Shown: positions 10,768 to 21,866, numbered from the stretch's first letter. The stretch is DNA of 64,000 nucleotides from Carpediemonas membranifera BICM (GCA_019828565.1 JAHDYR010000062.1:545666-609665); one strand, 5' to 3'. Notes: a model not told the origin generated them from the letters alone. Numbers and translations are program-made.

Positions 10768-13700
10768 GTGCTCAGCGACTTTTATGTCTGCAATAACGCA
10801 CGTTTTACACCCGGCCGCAGTTTACGCATGCAACGACTTGCGATGGTGATTCTCCGGACTGAGGCGAAATTCGCCTCAAATTCGGCATCATTATTCGTCA
10901 AATGCATATTTCTGTGCACTTTCGCCCTTTTAATCTCCTCTTCGATTGCCATTAACTACGACGACTATGGACACGGTCGTGTAACCTACTACGGCCTTGG
11001 CCTGGCTACAGAATCCAACGACCTCATTCAAACGAACTTTCCCTTCATGCTAGAGTACTTTGGACTTACCAGCGACTCCTCTGCCTCGCCCTACTGGGAA
11101 ATCCCGGTCACCTGTGCGATGAGCAGCGGCTACACGGCTACAGACAACCCCCTAAAGATCACATGCGGCCAGTCCGGCGAACATCGGTTCACAGTCTACA
11201 AGAACGGCGACGACACCACCGCGGATAGCTGGTACATCTACATTCCCGACATGCAGACAAAGTATGACTGGATGGCGGCAGACTCGGCGCTCACGGGCCT
11301 GGTTGTGCCCACTGAGTCGAGCAATCGGACGCTGAACATCTGGATCATAGACAGTCAGGACTGTGATGCAGACGAGCTCACCGGCGCAGCTCTCGCGCCG
11401 TCGGCGACGTCCAAACGCATCACCGCGGGCCTCAGGAGCATTGGAGTGGAGCCATTCATCGGCATAGCCACCGACGCGACCATCGACATCCTGACGGACA
11501 CGACGTGGAACTCTGACCTCGGGGCGTGGCAGCTCACTTACCAGGCTGAGTTTCCTACCATCAATAAGATCAGGCTCTCGACCAATGGGGCCTCGTTCCT
11601 TGGCGCAGACATCAGGTCGGTCAGTCACATGATTACGGCGACCGACCTGCCCAAAGAGCCGAGTGCCTTCACTGAGGACGTGACGGGGGTGATCGCGGGG
11701 TGGACGTCGGGCTGGCAGCTCAACCCGTGCGCAGTCAACCCAAGCGTGCAGATTGCTCGGCCGACGGGGACGTTTACCCGGTTCAGATTCACCCTAGTCA
11801 ACTTCCGGGAGGCCAGCAAGCTGTATTACATTGAACAGGGCGCTCTCGACGGCACCGCCGACACGACGGCGGTCAGTCTGCTCGAAATCATGCCCACAAC
11901 GACCAGCATCCTAGCCCTGACAGCATCGGGCTCGGTTTACTACACAGAGGGCAGCACATGGTCTGCCGCGACTGGTCTGACCTCGGCCGTCTCGTCCATC
12001 GTCGCCCCAGCCGCCTACGACCCCCTCCGCGACGAGGACAACAACATCTCCGCCCAGAACAAGGTCTACGCCGCATACAGTGCGACTGACGGCTTCTTCC
12101 TCTCAACCGACAACGGCGCCACCTGGTCCGCCTTGGCAGTTGACCTCGGGGCCCACACCACGGCGCTGTCGTTCATAGTCTCATCCGTGGAGGCCAAGAC
12201 CCTCAACATCCTGGCCTCTGACGGGTCGACGATCCATACCTTCGTTCATACAGTCGACGCAGTCGGTGATGAGACAACCGTTGACAATGGAGCGGTCGAA
12301 GATATTGACTCAATCGCACCATGGACTTTCCCATCGCCTTACATCATGGGATTCGGGACCACAGCTAAGGTATCGCCCAACATGGGCATATCCTGGACCG
12401 AACTGGACTTCGTATCTCGAGATCCAGCTAGACCAGCAGCTGGACTCGATGCTGGTGAGACCATATCGCGTGTGAGCGGCCGCGGCTCCTTTGCAGTCAT
12501 CCAGACCTCCACCAACCGGGTGTTTATCTTCCTTCTAGGGTCCATGACCGCCACGGAGCTGTCAGCGGGCATTGCAGTCGACGGTGCGGGCCTGATCTCC
12601 CCCGCCCCATGGAGCCAGGCGGTCTACACCATGCAGGCCCAGTTCGGCGGCGTCGGGTACCGGACGCTGGCGGTGAACGAGCTGATTAGCACCAAGGCGC
12701 CGCTGTACGTGGAGACAACTGGTGCTAATGTCCAGAACGCCATGGAAACATGCTCTTATGACTCGTTTACGTGGAGTTACGAGCCGATTATATACCTTGA
12801 TAGATTTGATACAGCATCTCTCGCACTCGCTGAATCAGATTCACTTCTCGTGACTCAGTCCGAGTCCGAGTGGCTCAATGTGACGATCTCTGGATCCACG
12901 GCCACTCTGGAACAACTCGAGAGTACAGTCAACCTCACGAGCGATGACGACTGGCTGCGGTCGATGCACTCCATATCTTTGACCCTCGGTACACCAGATC
13001 TTGTGGTACCCTGTATCTGGAAATCCGCATCTGTGTCTGAGTCCGTCATGTCTGTGTTTTCGTCCATTTACGAGGTTTACGTTGAGACTGTGCTCGACCA
13101 TGTTAAGACGTCTGCCATGCTTTCTGCTGCCGCCGACCCGCTTCACCCAACCACCCGGGTAAAGCTCGGCTGCCCACCCAACCGGCATTTGCGTGTCAAG
13201 GAGGTTTCTTTCGACCCATCCGACTGTGCAATTTTTGCCACGGGAGACCGTACCGACTTCTCTCAAGAGTTCAGCCTGTGGGAGTATCTGAGGCCCGGTC
13301 CCGCCGTCGCCTCGAGCTACGCGGCGGACGGGTTCGACTCGTACGACGTGACAGCGTATGGCTGCCCGATCTCGGTCTACCAGGGCACCTCGGGATGGAA
13401 GCCGACGCTGCAGCTCTACGATGGCCCCACATATGTCAAGGACGTCGAGGCCGACTACGTTATTTACGAGCTCCGCGGCCGGACCGACTTTACGTACAAC
13501 GCGACCGAGGGCGATGTAGGCTGCACTCACGGAGCGCAGTCCTGGGGCTACATGACGGACGGCTGTGCCAAGGACCGATGGGAGTGCTGGACCAAAACCA
13601 ACTACATCCCCTGCACCGAGGACACGGGCCGGTCGTACGGGTCGAGTGATGTTTATGACGTCCTCAACAACGCCGGGGATAACGCCATTGTGTTCACTGC

Positions 13701-13932
13701 GGACGGGGCGGACGGCGTCTTCCTCTTCAGGGCCCGTGTCCTCGATCCAGAGTTCTCGTTCTGCGAGCTCACTGTTGACTTCGCCGTCGACACGTATGGA
13801 GCTCCGCTCAGTGTGCTTGTAACTGTCCTTGTGGTCGTGCTAGGCGTGGCGCTCGCCTGCTGCGGCGTGTGCTGCACCTATTCATTATTCCAGTATAAGC
13901 GTTTCAAGGCGTACCGGAAGAAGAACGCATGA
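10768..13932 (+). CDS. CatSper auxiliary subunit epsilon/delta-like type I membrane protein
   Basis: Signal-like hydrophobic stretch; Asp-box-like propeller motifs (STDNGATW, SPNMGISW); C-terminal 'GCP..Y....WKPTLQLYDG..YVKDVEADYVIYELRGRTDFTYN....GC...AQSW..M...W...NY..C...GVFLFRARVLDPEFSFCELT..FA..TYG' matches the CATSPERD/E C-terminal domain; single C-terminal TM. True start probably 10828 or later. Confidence 0.75.
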   Translation: MLSDFYVCNNARFTPGRSLRMQRLAMVILRTEAKFASNSASLFVKCIFLCTFALLISSSIAINYDDYGHGRVTYYGLGLATESNDLIQTNFPFMLEYFGLTSDSSASPYWEIPVTCAMSSGYTATDNPLKITCGQSGEHRFTVYKNGDDTTADSWYIYIPDMQTKYDWMAADSALTGLVVPTESSNRTLNIWIIDSQDCDADELTGAALAPSATSKRITAGLRSIGVEPFIGIATDATIDILTDTTWNSDLGAWQLTYQAEFPTINKIRLSTNGASFLGADIRSVSHMITATDLPKEPSAFTEDVTGVIAGWTSGWQLNPCAVNPSVQIARPTGTFTRFRFTLVNFREASKLYYIEQGALDGTADTTAVSLLEIMPTTTSILALTASGSVYYTEGSTWSAATGLTSAVSSIVAPAAYDPLRDEDNNISAQNKVYAAYSATDGFFLSTDNGATWSALAVDLGAHTTALSFIVSSVEAKTLNILASDGSTIHTFVHTVDAVGDETTVDNGAVEDIDSIAPWTFPSPYIMGFGTTAKVSPNMGISWTELDFVSRDPARPAAGLDAGETISRVSGRGSFAVIQTSTNRVFIFLLGSMTATELSAGIAVDGAGLISPAPWSQAVYTMQAQFGGVGYRTLAVNELISTKAPLYVETTGANVQNAMETCSYDSFTWSYEPIIYLDRFDTASLALAESDSLLVTQSESEWLNVTISGSTATLEQLESTVNLTSDDDWLRSMHSISLTLGTPDLVVPCIWKSASVSESVMSVFSSIYEVYVETVLDHVKTSAMLSAAADPLHPTTRVKLGCPPNRHLRVKEVSFDPSDCAIFATGDRTDFSQEFSLWEYLRPGPAVASSYAADGFDSYDVTAYGCPISVYQGTSGWKPTLQLYDGPTYVKDVEADYVIYELRGRTDFTYNATEGDVGCTHGAQSWGYMTDGCAKDRWECWTKTNYIPCTEDTGRSYGSSDVYDVLNNAGDNAIVFTADGADGVFLFRARVLDPEFSFCELTVDFAVDTYGAPLSVLVTVLVVVLGVALACCGVCCTYSLFQYKRFKAYRKKNA

Positions 13933-14040
13933 GCGCCAGTTTCTAATTTATAAAGTATGCTTGCGATGGTTAAGAATTCGACAAACTAGCGAGAGAGCTG
14001 AGTGTACATTGCGCGCTGTTGGGCGTATCGCGCAAAGCTC

Positions 14041-15142
14041 GCGCAGGCAGGTTGATAATCTAATCTTTACTAGCCGATATGTACATTAGGCGAGGGGCAT
14101 GTAGGTGCGGGCGGCGCACATGCCGGTCAGGCCGACCCAGAGGGAGCGCTCGATGTCGTTGATGAGGGAGGACGCGCCGATGCGGAAGTAGTTGCTGTTG
14201 AGCCACTCGACGCCGAGCTCCTCGCGGATGAGCGAGAGCCAGACGAGGGCGGTCGCGGCGTCGTTGATGCCGCCGGCGGCCTTGAAGCCGACCATGTGGC
14301 CGGTGAGCTCGTAGTACTCGCGGATCTGGCGCACCATGGTCATGCCGATGGGGAAGGTGGCGTTGACCTCCTCCATGCCAGTCGACGTCTTGATGAAGTC
14401 GGCGCCGGCCATCATGGCGATCATGGAGGCCTTGGCGAGGTGGGTGAGGGTGGGCAGCTCGCCCGCGGCCATGATGACCTTGAGGGAAGCAGCGCCGCAG
14501 GCCTCACGGAAGGCGCGGATCTCGTCGTAGAGCTCGGTCCACTGGGCGAGGGCGACCTTGTCGCGGGAGATGACGACGTCGATCTCCTCGGCGCCGTCGA
14601 CGACAGCCTGGCGGATCTCCTCGAGCTTGAACTTGAGGGAAGTCTGGCCGGAGGGGAAGCCCGTGGCGACGGACGCGACAGGGATGCCGGTGCCCTTGAG
14701 CGCGCGGACGGCGTCCTTGACGCGGGCGGGGTAGACGCAGACGGCGGCGGCGGTGAGGTCAGACTTGCCGAGCTTCTTGATCATGTCCTGGCGCACAGGC
14801 ATCTTGGCCTTCTCGCAGAGGCGGAACACGCGCATCGGGGTGTCGTTGCCCTTGAGCGTGGTGAGATCCATGCAGCTGATGGCGCGCATAAGCCAGGCGA
14901 GCTGGTGGTCACCAGTAACAATGCGACGAGTGCCGAGCTCGCCGCATCTGCGGACGGTAGCGGACTTGTTGACGACGATAGCGTTGATGAAGCCCATATC
15001 GAGGGGCATGCCGGGATTGCGCTCTTGCTGAACCATTTCTATCCTTCTGAAGGAACTGCTTGCTCTGCTTGCGATTCGCCCATCCTGCTTCGCCAATTTG
15101 AGTTTGATCCGGCGATCGCAATCATCGGGAAGATCGAGGTCA
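14041..15142. repeat. left arm of a 1102-bp inverted repeat (DERA duplication)
   Basis: Reverse complement of 15606-16707; one mismatch seen near the inner end; the translations are identical. Confidence 0.95.
14086..15036 (-). CDS. DERA: deoxyribose-phosphate aldolase, eukaryote/long type, copy 1
   Basis: MDLTTLKG, AAVCVYP, SVATGFP, EIDVVI, ADFIKTSTG (Schiff-base Lys), GFKAAGG, FRIGASSL. First in-frame ATG is 15036; an in-frame stop lies upstream. Confidence 0.93.
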   Translation of the reverse strand: MVQQERNPGMPLDMGFINAIVVNKSATVRRCGELGTRRIVTGDHQLAWLMRAISCMDLTTLKGNDTPMRVFRLCEKAKMPVRQDMIKKLGKSDLTAAAVCVYPARVKDAVRALKGTGIPVASVATGFPSGQTSLKFKLEEIRQAVVDGAEEIDVVISRDKVALAQWTELYDEIRAFREACGAASLKVIMAAGELPTLTHLAKASMIAMMAGADFIKTSTGMEEVNATFPIGMTMVRQIREYYELTGHMVGFKAAGGINDAATALVWLSLIREELGVEWLNSNYFRIGASSLINDIERSLWVGLTGMCAARTYMPLA

Positions 15143-15477
15143 ATATTTGCTCCCTGCGGCCATCGACAATCCGAGAAGCGCGTCTGGGGACTCTTTTACC
15201 ATACTTGTTCGTTTTTCAAGGGCTCACCGCGGGGGCCTGACTAAATCAGAATTGGTGGCACGGAGAGACAGTCGCGAGTGTCACCCGTGCATTTAAGACC
15301 TTTCAACAGTTGTGATTTACTGTGCCACTGAAACTGCAGCTGTGTTGATATTGCGTCATTCTCAGCCTCGAGGTCACCGGGCAGGGTCCCAGTTCCCTCG
15401 GAGAGAAATAGAAGGCGATATCAGATCTGCTTGCTTACAGATCCGACTGACTGAAGCACTCGTCCGCCGAGGTCGTC

Positions 15478-16662
15478 ATGGAACCATCTCTTAAGGATGC
15501 CGACATAATTGTTCCGGGCCATGCTGATGCTCACCTTCAAATAGGCACCACTGGTACCACCACATGGACTTGCCCGGCCTCGAGGCAGCAGCTTTGTAAA
15601 CTTGATGACCTCGATCTTCCCGCTGATTGCGATCGCCGGATCAAACTCAAATTGGCGAAGCAGGATGGGCGAATCGCAAGCAGAGCAAGCAGTTCCTTCA
15701 GAAGGATAGAAATGGTTCAGCAAGAGCGCAATCCCGGCATGCCCCTCGATATGGGCTTCATCAACGCTATCGTCGTCAACAAGTCCGCTACCGTCCGCAG
15801 ATGCGGCGAGCTCGGCACTCGTCGCATTGTTACTGGTGACCACCAGCTCGCCTGGCTTATGCGCGCCATCAGCTGCATGGATCTCACCACGCTCAAGGGC
15901 AACGACACCCCGATGCGCGTGTTCCGCCTCTGCGAGAAGGCCAAGATGCCTGTGCGCCAGGACATGATCAAGAAGCTCGGCAAGTCTGACCTCACCGCCG
16001 CCGCCGTCTGCGTCTACCCCGCCCGCGTCAAGGACGCCGTCCGCGCGCTCAAGGGCACCGGCATCCCTGTCGCGTCCGTCGCCACGGGCTTCCCCTCCGG
16101 CCAGACTTCCCTCAAGTTCAAGCTCGAGGAGATCCGCCAGGCTGTCGTCGACGGCGCCGAGGAGATCGACGTCGTCATCTCCCGCGACAAGGTCGCCCTC
16201 GCCCAGTGGACCGAGCTCTACGACGAGATCCGCGCCTTCCGTGAGGCCTGCGGCGCTGCTTCCCTCAAGGTCATCATGGCCGCGGGCGAGCTGCCCACCC
16301 TCACCCACCTCGCCAAGGCCTCCATGATCGCCATGATGGCCGGCGCCGACTTCATCAAGACGTCGACTGGCATGGAGGAGGTCAACGCCACCTTCCCCAT
16401 CGGCATGACCATGGTGCGCCAGATCCGCGAGTACTACGAGCTCACCGGCCACATGGTCGGCTTCAAGGCCGCCGGCGGCATCAACGACGCCGCGACCGCC
16501 CTCGTCTGGCTCTCGCTCATCCGCGAGGAGCTCGGCGTCGAGTGGCTCAACAGCAACTACTTCCGCATCGGCGCGTCCTCCCTCATCAACGACATCGAGC
16601 GCTCCCTCTGGGTCGGCCTGACCGGCATGTGCGCCGCCCGCACCTACATGCCCCTCGCCTAA
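15478..16662 (+). CDS. DERA: deoxyribose-phosphate aldolase, eukaryote/long type, copy 2 (possible 78-aa N-terminal extension; alternative start 15712)
   Basis: Same motifs; identical to copy 1 from MVQQERNPG onward. Confidence 0.93.
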   Translation: MEPSLKDADIIVPGHADAHLQIGTTGTTTWTCPASRQQLCKLDDLDLPADCDRRIKLKLAKQDGRIASRASSSFRRIEMVQQERNPGMPLDMGFINAIVVNKSATVRRCGELGTRRIVTGDHQLAWLMRAISCMDLTTLKGNDTPMRVFRLCEKAKMPVRQDMIKKLGKSDLTAAAVCVYPARVKDAVRALKGTGIPVASVATGFPSGQTSLKFKLEEIRQAVVDGAEEIDVVISRDKVALAQWTELYDEIRAFREACGAASLKVIMAAGELPTLTHLAKASMIAMMAGADFIKTSTGMEEVNATFPIGMTMVRQIREYYELTGHMVGFKAAGGINDAATALVWLSLIREELGVEWLNSNYFRIGASSLINDIERSLWVGLTGMCAARTYMPLA

Positions 16663-16707
16663 TGTACATATCGGCTAGTAAAGATTAGATTATCAACCTG
16701 CCTGCGC
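15606..16707. repeat. right arm of the 1102-bp inverted repeat
   Basis: Reverse complement of 14041-15142; 463-bp unique spacer between the arms. Confidence 0.95.
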
Positions 16708-16870
16708 TTTCCTTGGCCATCCACTAAAACTGCGCGACTCGGATTCCAATGACCCAAGCTGCGCTTTTTACAGATGGCAGAACACAACAATAGGATTAAT
16801 AGGCTCCCACGAAAATATCATATTCCCAGTTTAATACAGGACCGGTAGTCGGTCACGGAACCTTGCCAGT

Positions 16871-17617
16871 CTATGCTACATTATCGATCCCTAATATCCG
16901 ATCTAGAATCTTGAGAACCAATCTCTCGATACACCGCTTGATCCGAAGATCCCAGCGATACGAGGGGATCTTCTTGCGAGGGAAGATCGTGTCAAACTGA
17001 TCCTTCGTGCTCGACGCAGCCTTCGGTGCAGGAACATCCTCGACGATCTCAAAGGTTACCGGATCAATCATCGAATCGTCTGAGTCAATATAGTCAGCGT
17101 CATCGCAATGGGTGGCAGAAACCTCGAGGATGATGCCGCCGCCATCAGAATCAGAGTCATCAAAGGTGAGATTGTCATGTGGCCCTGCAACACCGAGAGT
17201 GAGTTGATCTTGCTTGTCTTCTCCGCGGTTGTCGAACTCGGCCCGGGACTCGTCGAATGAAAGCGATCGGAGTTCATCCTCAAGAATCATGGTCTCTTCG
17301 CGCGTAAGCTCTATTTCAGCGTCAACAGGCTCGATTGTGAAGCCATATCGTGTCCTAAAGCGCCTAGCACTGTCTAAATCCGCCGGTCCCCGAGCAGACC
17401 TTGCAGTTCGTGCTTCTTCTTCGTCATTCCTTATTTTCTCGAGGTTTAGGCGCAACCTCGGGTTCTCATGGATCTCAATGATGAGCTTAACATCTTTCTT
17501 CTTCATTCTAAGCATCCCAGCGATAGTACTGGCGTTATGTCCAAGCATGTGCAACTTGATGATAAGTTCGGCCTTATTAGCAGCAGTGCGCGCTCCTACT
17601 TCTAAGTGTTCTTTCAT
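16871..17617 (-). CDS. hypothetical protein with a possible N-terminal HTH and an acidic region
   Basis: ORF from ATG 17617; 'IIKLHMLGHNASTIAGMLRMKKKDVKLII' is HTH-like. Confidence 0.45.
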   Translation of the reverse strand: MKEHLEVGARTAANKAELIIKLHMLGHNASTIAGMLRMKKKDVKLIIEIHENPRLRLNLEKIRNDEEEARTARSARGPADLDSARRFRTRYGFTIEPVDAEIELTREETMILEDELRSLSFDESRAEFDNRGEDKQDQLTLGVAGPHDNLTFDDSDSDGGGIILEVSATHCDDADYIDSDDSMIDPVTFEIVEDVPAPKAASSTKDQFDTIFPRKKIPSYRWDLRIKRCIERLVLKILDRILGIDNVA

Positions 17618-17899
17618 TGTGTGCGTTATGAGGCGAATGGATAAAACCTTTCGCGCTGAATTTCGTCTACGTATACCGTCTCTGAGAACCCACCTTGAAT
17701 GAATCACGACTGTATCTCAATATTGCCAGATCTAGGATTGAATCCACAGTCACACTGCTACCTAACGACGGACCAGGTCTCCAATGCAGACTCAGCCATT
17801 ACCATTTAATAGATTTGATGTTAAACAAAAGTAGCGAGCTCAATACCAAGAGGCGACAAGACTCGATAAACTTTATATATCACAGAATAAACACACCGC

Positions 17900-20558
17900 C
17901 TATAGCTCCACCTCCTTGCTCCGCACCGTTGTCTCCAGCTTGAACCCGCCCCCGACAAACTTGGGCTGGGCGGGGTCCTGCTGCACGACGTAACCCTCGT
18001 CCATAGTGCGCCGGGCCGCGCTCTGCTCCTTCCGCTTCTGCTCGAAGTACTTCTTCTTGATGTCGTGGGACTCCTTTGTGAGCTTGGCGATCTCGTACTT
18101 GTACTCCGCCACCTGCGTCTGGTACATCGTGAGCTCAGACGCCATGCTCTTGAGCTGCTTGTTCTTCTCCCGTAGGTTAGTCTGGTAGATCGACAGCTGC
18201 TCAACGACCTCGGGCCCGGGCTGGCGGGCAAGAAGCTTCTGGAGCTCAGTGAATGCCTTCTCGCGCTCGTCGATGATAAGCTCCTTCTCAGCGACCTCCT
18301 CCGTCTTCTTGAGCAGCCGCTTCTGGAGGGTGTGGATCTTCTGGATCATTTCATAAACTGCGGGATCAGACCCCTCAAGCTTCCGCCAACGGTGGACGTT
18401 CATGGGGTTCTGGAGTTCCTCGGACATCGCCTTGACCTTGGCGCGCTCCTCCAGCAGCTCCTTCTGGATTCTGATGACCTCCGTCTTGTACCCGTCGATC
18501 TGGTTGGCCGCCTTCGAGTAGACGTTGAGCTCCCGCATGACCGAGGCCAGCTTGATCTTCAGCAGACGGATGTCCTCGACCCGCTCCCTGTACTGCGCCT
18601 CGCCCTTGGCCAGCGTGCTCTGCTGGATCTTGATCTTCTCGTACAGCAGCGCGAGCTCGTCGTTGCGGCGGATGAGCTGAGTTCCCAGGATGTCGCGCTC
18701 GCTGATGACCTGCTCGAACTCCTTCTGCTGCCGGCCCCGCTCGTTGTCGGCCTCGTTGATAATGAGGTTGAGCTTGGCCATCTCGGCCTTCTGAGCGGCG
18801 ATCGTCTGCTCCGCCTCCTGGATCTGGCGCTGGATCCGCCCAATCTCGGCCTTGAAGCTGTCCCGCTCCTTCTCGGCCTTCTTCCGCTCGTAGTACTCCT
18901 GCACGAGGGCGCTGTCCTTCGCCTTGATCTCTTCCTTAAGCTGCTCGATCTGGTGGTTCATAATCTTGAACTTCCGCTTCATCTCGCTCACCTCGTCCTG
19001 GCTCTCGATCAGGTTCTTCGAGTACAGGTTCCGGTCAGCTCGAACGGCCTCGTACAGCGTCTGCTGCTGCTTGAGCTTCTTCTCGGCCTCGGCGATCTTC
19101 TTCTGGAGATCCTGGATGGTGTTCTCGCGGACCTTGACCTCCTCGAGCGCCTGGAGATACTTCTGGTTCGCCTCGGTCGCCTTCTTGTTGTTGAGCTCAC
19201 GCTCCTGCTCGAGGACGAAGATCATCTTGCGCTGCTTCTGCGCCTCGTTCTTGTATGCAGAGATCTCCTGGTCGAGGTTGGCTGCCTGGTTCTCGGCTAT
19301 CTTCACGAGCTCGGCCTGCTTGGAAGTGGCGGCGTCGGCCTGGCGGACATTCTTGTTGAGGAGCTCGCGCTCTCTCGCCAGCACGTCAGCCTGCTGCTTC
19401 TGCTTGTCGGCGTCGCGCGTGGTCATCTTCAGGTCCCGCTCGAGCCCGACCACGTCTGATCTGAGCGCCTCCCGCCGCTTCTCGAGGTCGGCCTTGTCCT
19501 TCTCGGCGCGCTGGATGAGCAGCTTCGTCGTGGCGAGCTCCTTGTTGACCCGGCTCGTCTCCTGCTTGGCCAGACGGATCTGCTGGTCCTTCTCCTTCAG
19601 CTCATTCTCCCGGGCCGCGAGCTCAGCCTCGAGCGTGCTGTTCCGCTCGTTGAGCTGGTTAACCTGCACGTGGAACTCGTGCACAGTGTCCTCCTTGCCC
19701 TTGAGCTCCACCTCGCGGCTGTGGATGTCGTTCTCAAGGCGCTGAAGCTCCATCTTCATGCTGTGCGCGGCGTCGGCGTTCGACCGGATAGTGTCCTTCT
19801 TCTCCTCGATCTCCTCCTGTCGAAGCTCGAGACGCTTGCGGAGGTCGGCCATATCCTTGTCGAGCACCTCCTTGCGCCACTGCTCGCTCTTGAGCTCCTG
19901 CTCCTGTCGCGTTACAAGGTCCTTGAGCGTCTTGATTTGTGCCTCGAGCGGCACCTTCTCGTCTTCCAGCTCGCGAACCCGCTCGAGGTAGTTGGACAGC
20001 TCCTGCCGCAGCTCCATGATCTGCTTCACCTTCGAGTCCCGCTGCTGGATGAGCTCGTCCTTCTGCTTCATCAGCTCGGCCACGGTGTTCTCCTGCCCGA
20101 GGTTGATGCCGGCTCCCTGCTCGACGAGCTTGGTCAGGTTGGCGATCTCGGCCTTGAGGTGTTGGACGGTCTCCCTGGAGCGAGCCTCCTTCTCGCGGGA
20201 GGCATCGAGCATGCTATAGGCCTGCTCGATCTCCTTCTTGAGGCTGGAGATGGCGTTCCAGTCGTCCTGCGAGATCTTCAGCGCGGACTTGACCTTGGAG
20301 GCGTTCGACGCAATTTCCCCGCCCAAAGTCTTGATCCTACTGATCAGGCGCTTCTCATTCTCGTGAGACTTCTTCAGCGCACGGTGCATCTTCTCATATT
20401 CCTTCCTGAAATGCTCTAGGGAGTCGTCACCGACTAGTTCGGCAATCACCTGGGTAAACAGCGGTTGGGAACGAAAAACGAACGTTGTTGAAGTCCTTCT
20501 CGAGCTGCTCAATGGCCCTGGTCTCAATGGACAGTTCTGGGGCCTTGTCTTCTGACAT
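17900..20558 (-). CDS. CFAP58: cilia- and flagella-associated protein 58; one intron (20450-20483)
   Basis: 'LYEAVRADRNLYSKNLIESQDE', 'ERDILGTQLIRRNDELALLYEKIKIQQSTL', 'PMNVHRWRKLEGSDP' and C-terminal 'KFVGGGF'. Removing the 34-nt intron joins MSEDKAP...LEKDFNN to VIAELVGD. Confidence 0.93.
20450..20483 (-). other. spliceosomal intron, 34 nt
   Basis: GTTCGT...GTTTACCCAG; removal restores the CFAP58 frame. Confidence 0.85.
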
Positions 20559-20738
20559 TCTTGCAGCTGAGGTCTGTTGTGAGAATGCTTGAAAAATTCA
20601 ATCAAAACGGAATTTGATTGGTGCATCATCTAAGTGGTGGCGGAGGGTAACTGGGCGTGAGCAATGTCTATATCCCGTTGCGCATCATTTAAAACGCCAA
20701 CACGGGCAAAATCCTTAAACTGCGTGGTGTTCGTTCAG

Positions 20739-21866
20739 ATGGCTGGAAAGAGACAGCGGAAGGTCCGTAGGCAAGAACCTATCGAGAAATCGATCTTGCG
20801 TAGTCAGTACGTCCAACCTGATGAGCAAAAGCACCGCAAGAAGCGGGACAAGAACGATAATGTCGAAGAGATGCTTAACAGCCACGACATGGACATAATC
20901 CAAAGCCTTGCGAAGGAATTGAATGAGGAGGAGGATCAGTTCACGATCGACGGCCGTGGTGTCGCCGACGAGGACGACAGCGAAGAAATCGAGGACACCA
21001 TCGTTGATGCCGAGCCCGCAGCCAAGGGTCTCGACCTTGGCGCTCTCATTGCCGCAAAGATGGAACAGAAGAACGCCACCGTGGAGAACCCCTCCTCTGT
21101 CTCTGACAAGATCCGCGATATGTACGTTGATCTCGGCAAGTCCGTGCTCTCGCGCTACAGATCGGGCAAGCTTCCACTCGCCTTCCACATCCTGCCCCAG
21201 ACGAAACAGTGGCCCGAGCTTCTCGAACTGACCAACCCTGCTTCTTGGACTCCCCAGGCGACCTACGCCGTGGCCCACAAGCTTGTGTCGAATCTCAAGG
21301 ACCAGAACAGGATCCTGCACGACTTCCTGCGCGGCGTGCTTCTTGAGAAGTGCATTGCGGACATCGAGGAGAACGGCAAGCTCAACCACCACTACTATCA
21401 GGCCCTCCGCAAGTGTCTGTACAAGCCCGAGGCGTTTTTCAGTGGCATATACTTGCCGATGGCGGAGATGGAGGTCAACAAGAAGGTCGCCATCATCGTC
21501 GGGTCAGTTGTGGCGAACTACTCGATTCCCGTGAAGTTCTCGCAGGTGACGATGTACCTCCTCGCCACTCATCCGGACATCCCGTTTTCACCCATCTCCG
21601 TGCTTCTACTCCGCATACTCCTGCAGAAGAGGTACAAGCTTGACACCAAGACGATAAGAACGCTCATCGTCTTCTTCGCTGAGAAGACGCCCGAGGGTCC
21701 CATGCCCCTGGTCTGGCAGAACTCGCTGCTGCTGTTCGTCCAGTCGAACGGTGATAGGCTGACCGCGGAACAGAAGAACACGGTGCTCAGTGCGGCGGGC
21801 AGGCACAGGCACGGCGCCATCACTCGTCTTGTGCAGCAGGCGCTGAGCGGGCGGGAGAAGGAGTAA
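20739..21866 (+). CDS. BYSL: bystin/Enp1 (40S biogenesis)
   Basis: 'LSRYRSGKLPLAFHILP', 'LTNPASWTPQA', 'KLNHHYYQALRKCLYKPEAFFSGI', 'PLVWQNSLLLFVQ'. Confidence 0.92.
   Translation: MAGKRQRKVRRQEPIEKSILRSQYVQPDEQKHRKKRDKNDNVEEMLNSHDMDIIQSLAKELNEEEDQFTIDGRGVADEDDSEEIEDTIVDAEPAAKGLDLGALIAAKMEQKNATVENPSSVSDKIRDMYVDLGKSVLSRYRSGKLPLAFHILPQTKQWPELLELTNPASWTPQATYAVAHKLVSNLKDQNRILHDFLRGVLLEKCIADIEENGKLNHHYYQALRKCLYKPEAFFSGIYLPMAEMEVNKKVAIIVGSVVANYSIPVKFSQVTMYLLATHPDIPFSPISVLLLRILLQKRYKLDTKTIRTLIVFFAEKTPEGPMPLVWQNSLLLFVQSNGDRLTAEQKNTVLSAAGRHRHGAITRLVQQALSGREKE

Noticed and set aside
8849-10849. 666-aa + strand ORF, same length as the opposite-strand gene
   Set aside because: Ser/Arg/Ala-rich antisense shadow of the coiled-coil gene; the equal length is coincidental.
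14296-16452. Long antisense ORFs over both DERA copies (similar ones over CFAP58, SPAG6, PMCA and deoC)
   Set aside because: Expected from strong C-ending codon bias, which removes stops on the reverse strand; no motifs.
16871-17617. HTH-containing ORF beside the inverted repeat as a transposase
   Set aside because: No DDE catalytic domain, terminal inverted repeats or target-site duplication seen.
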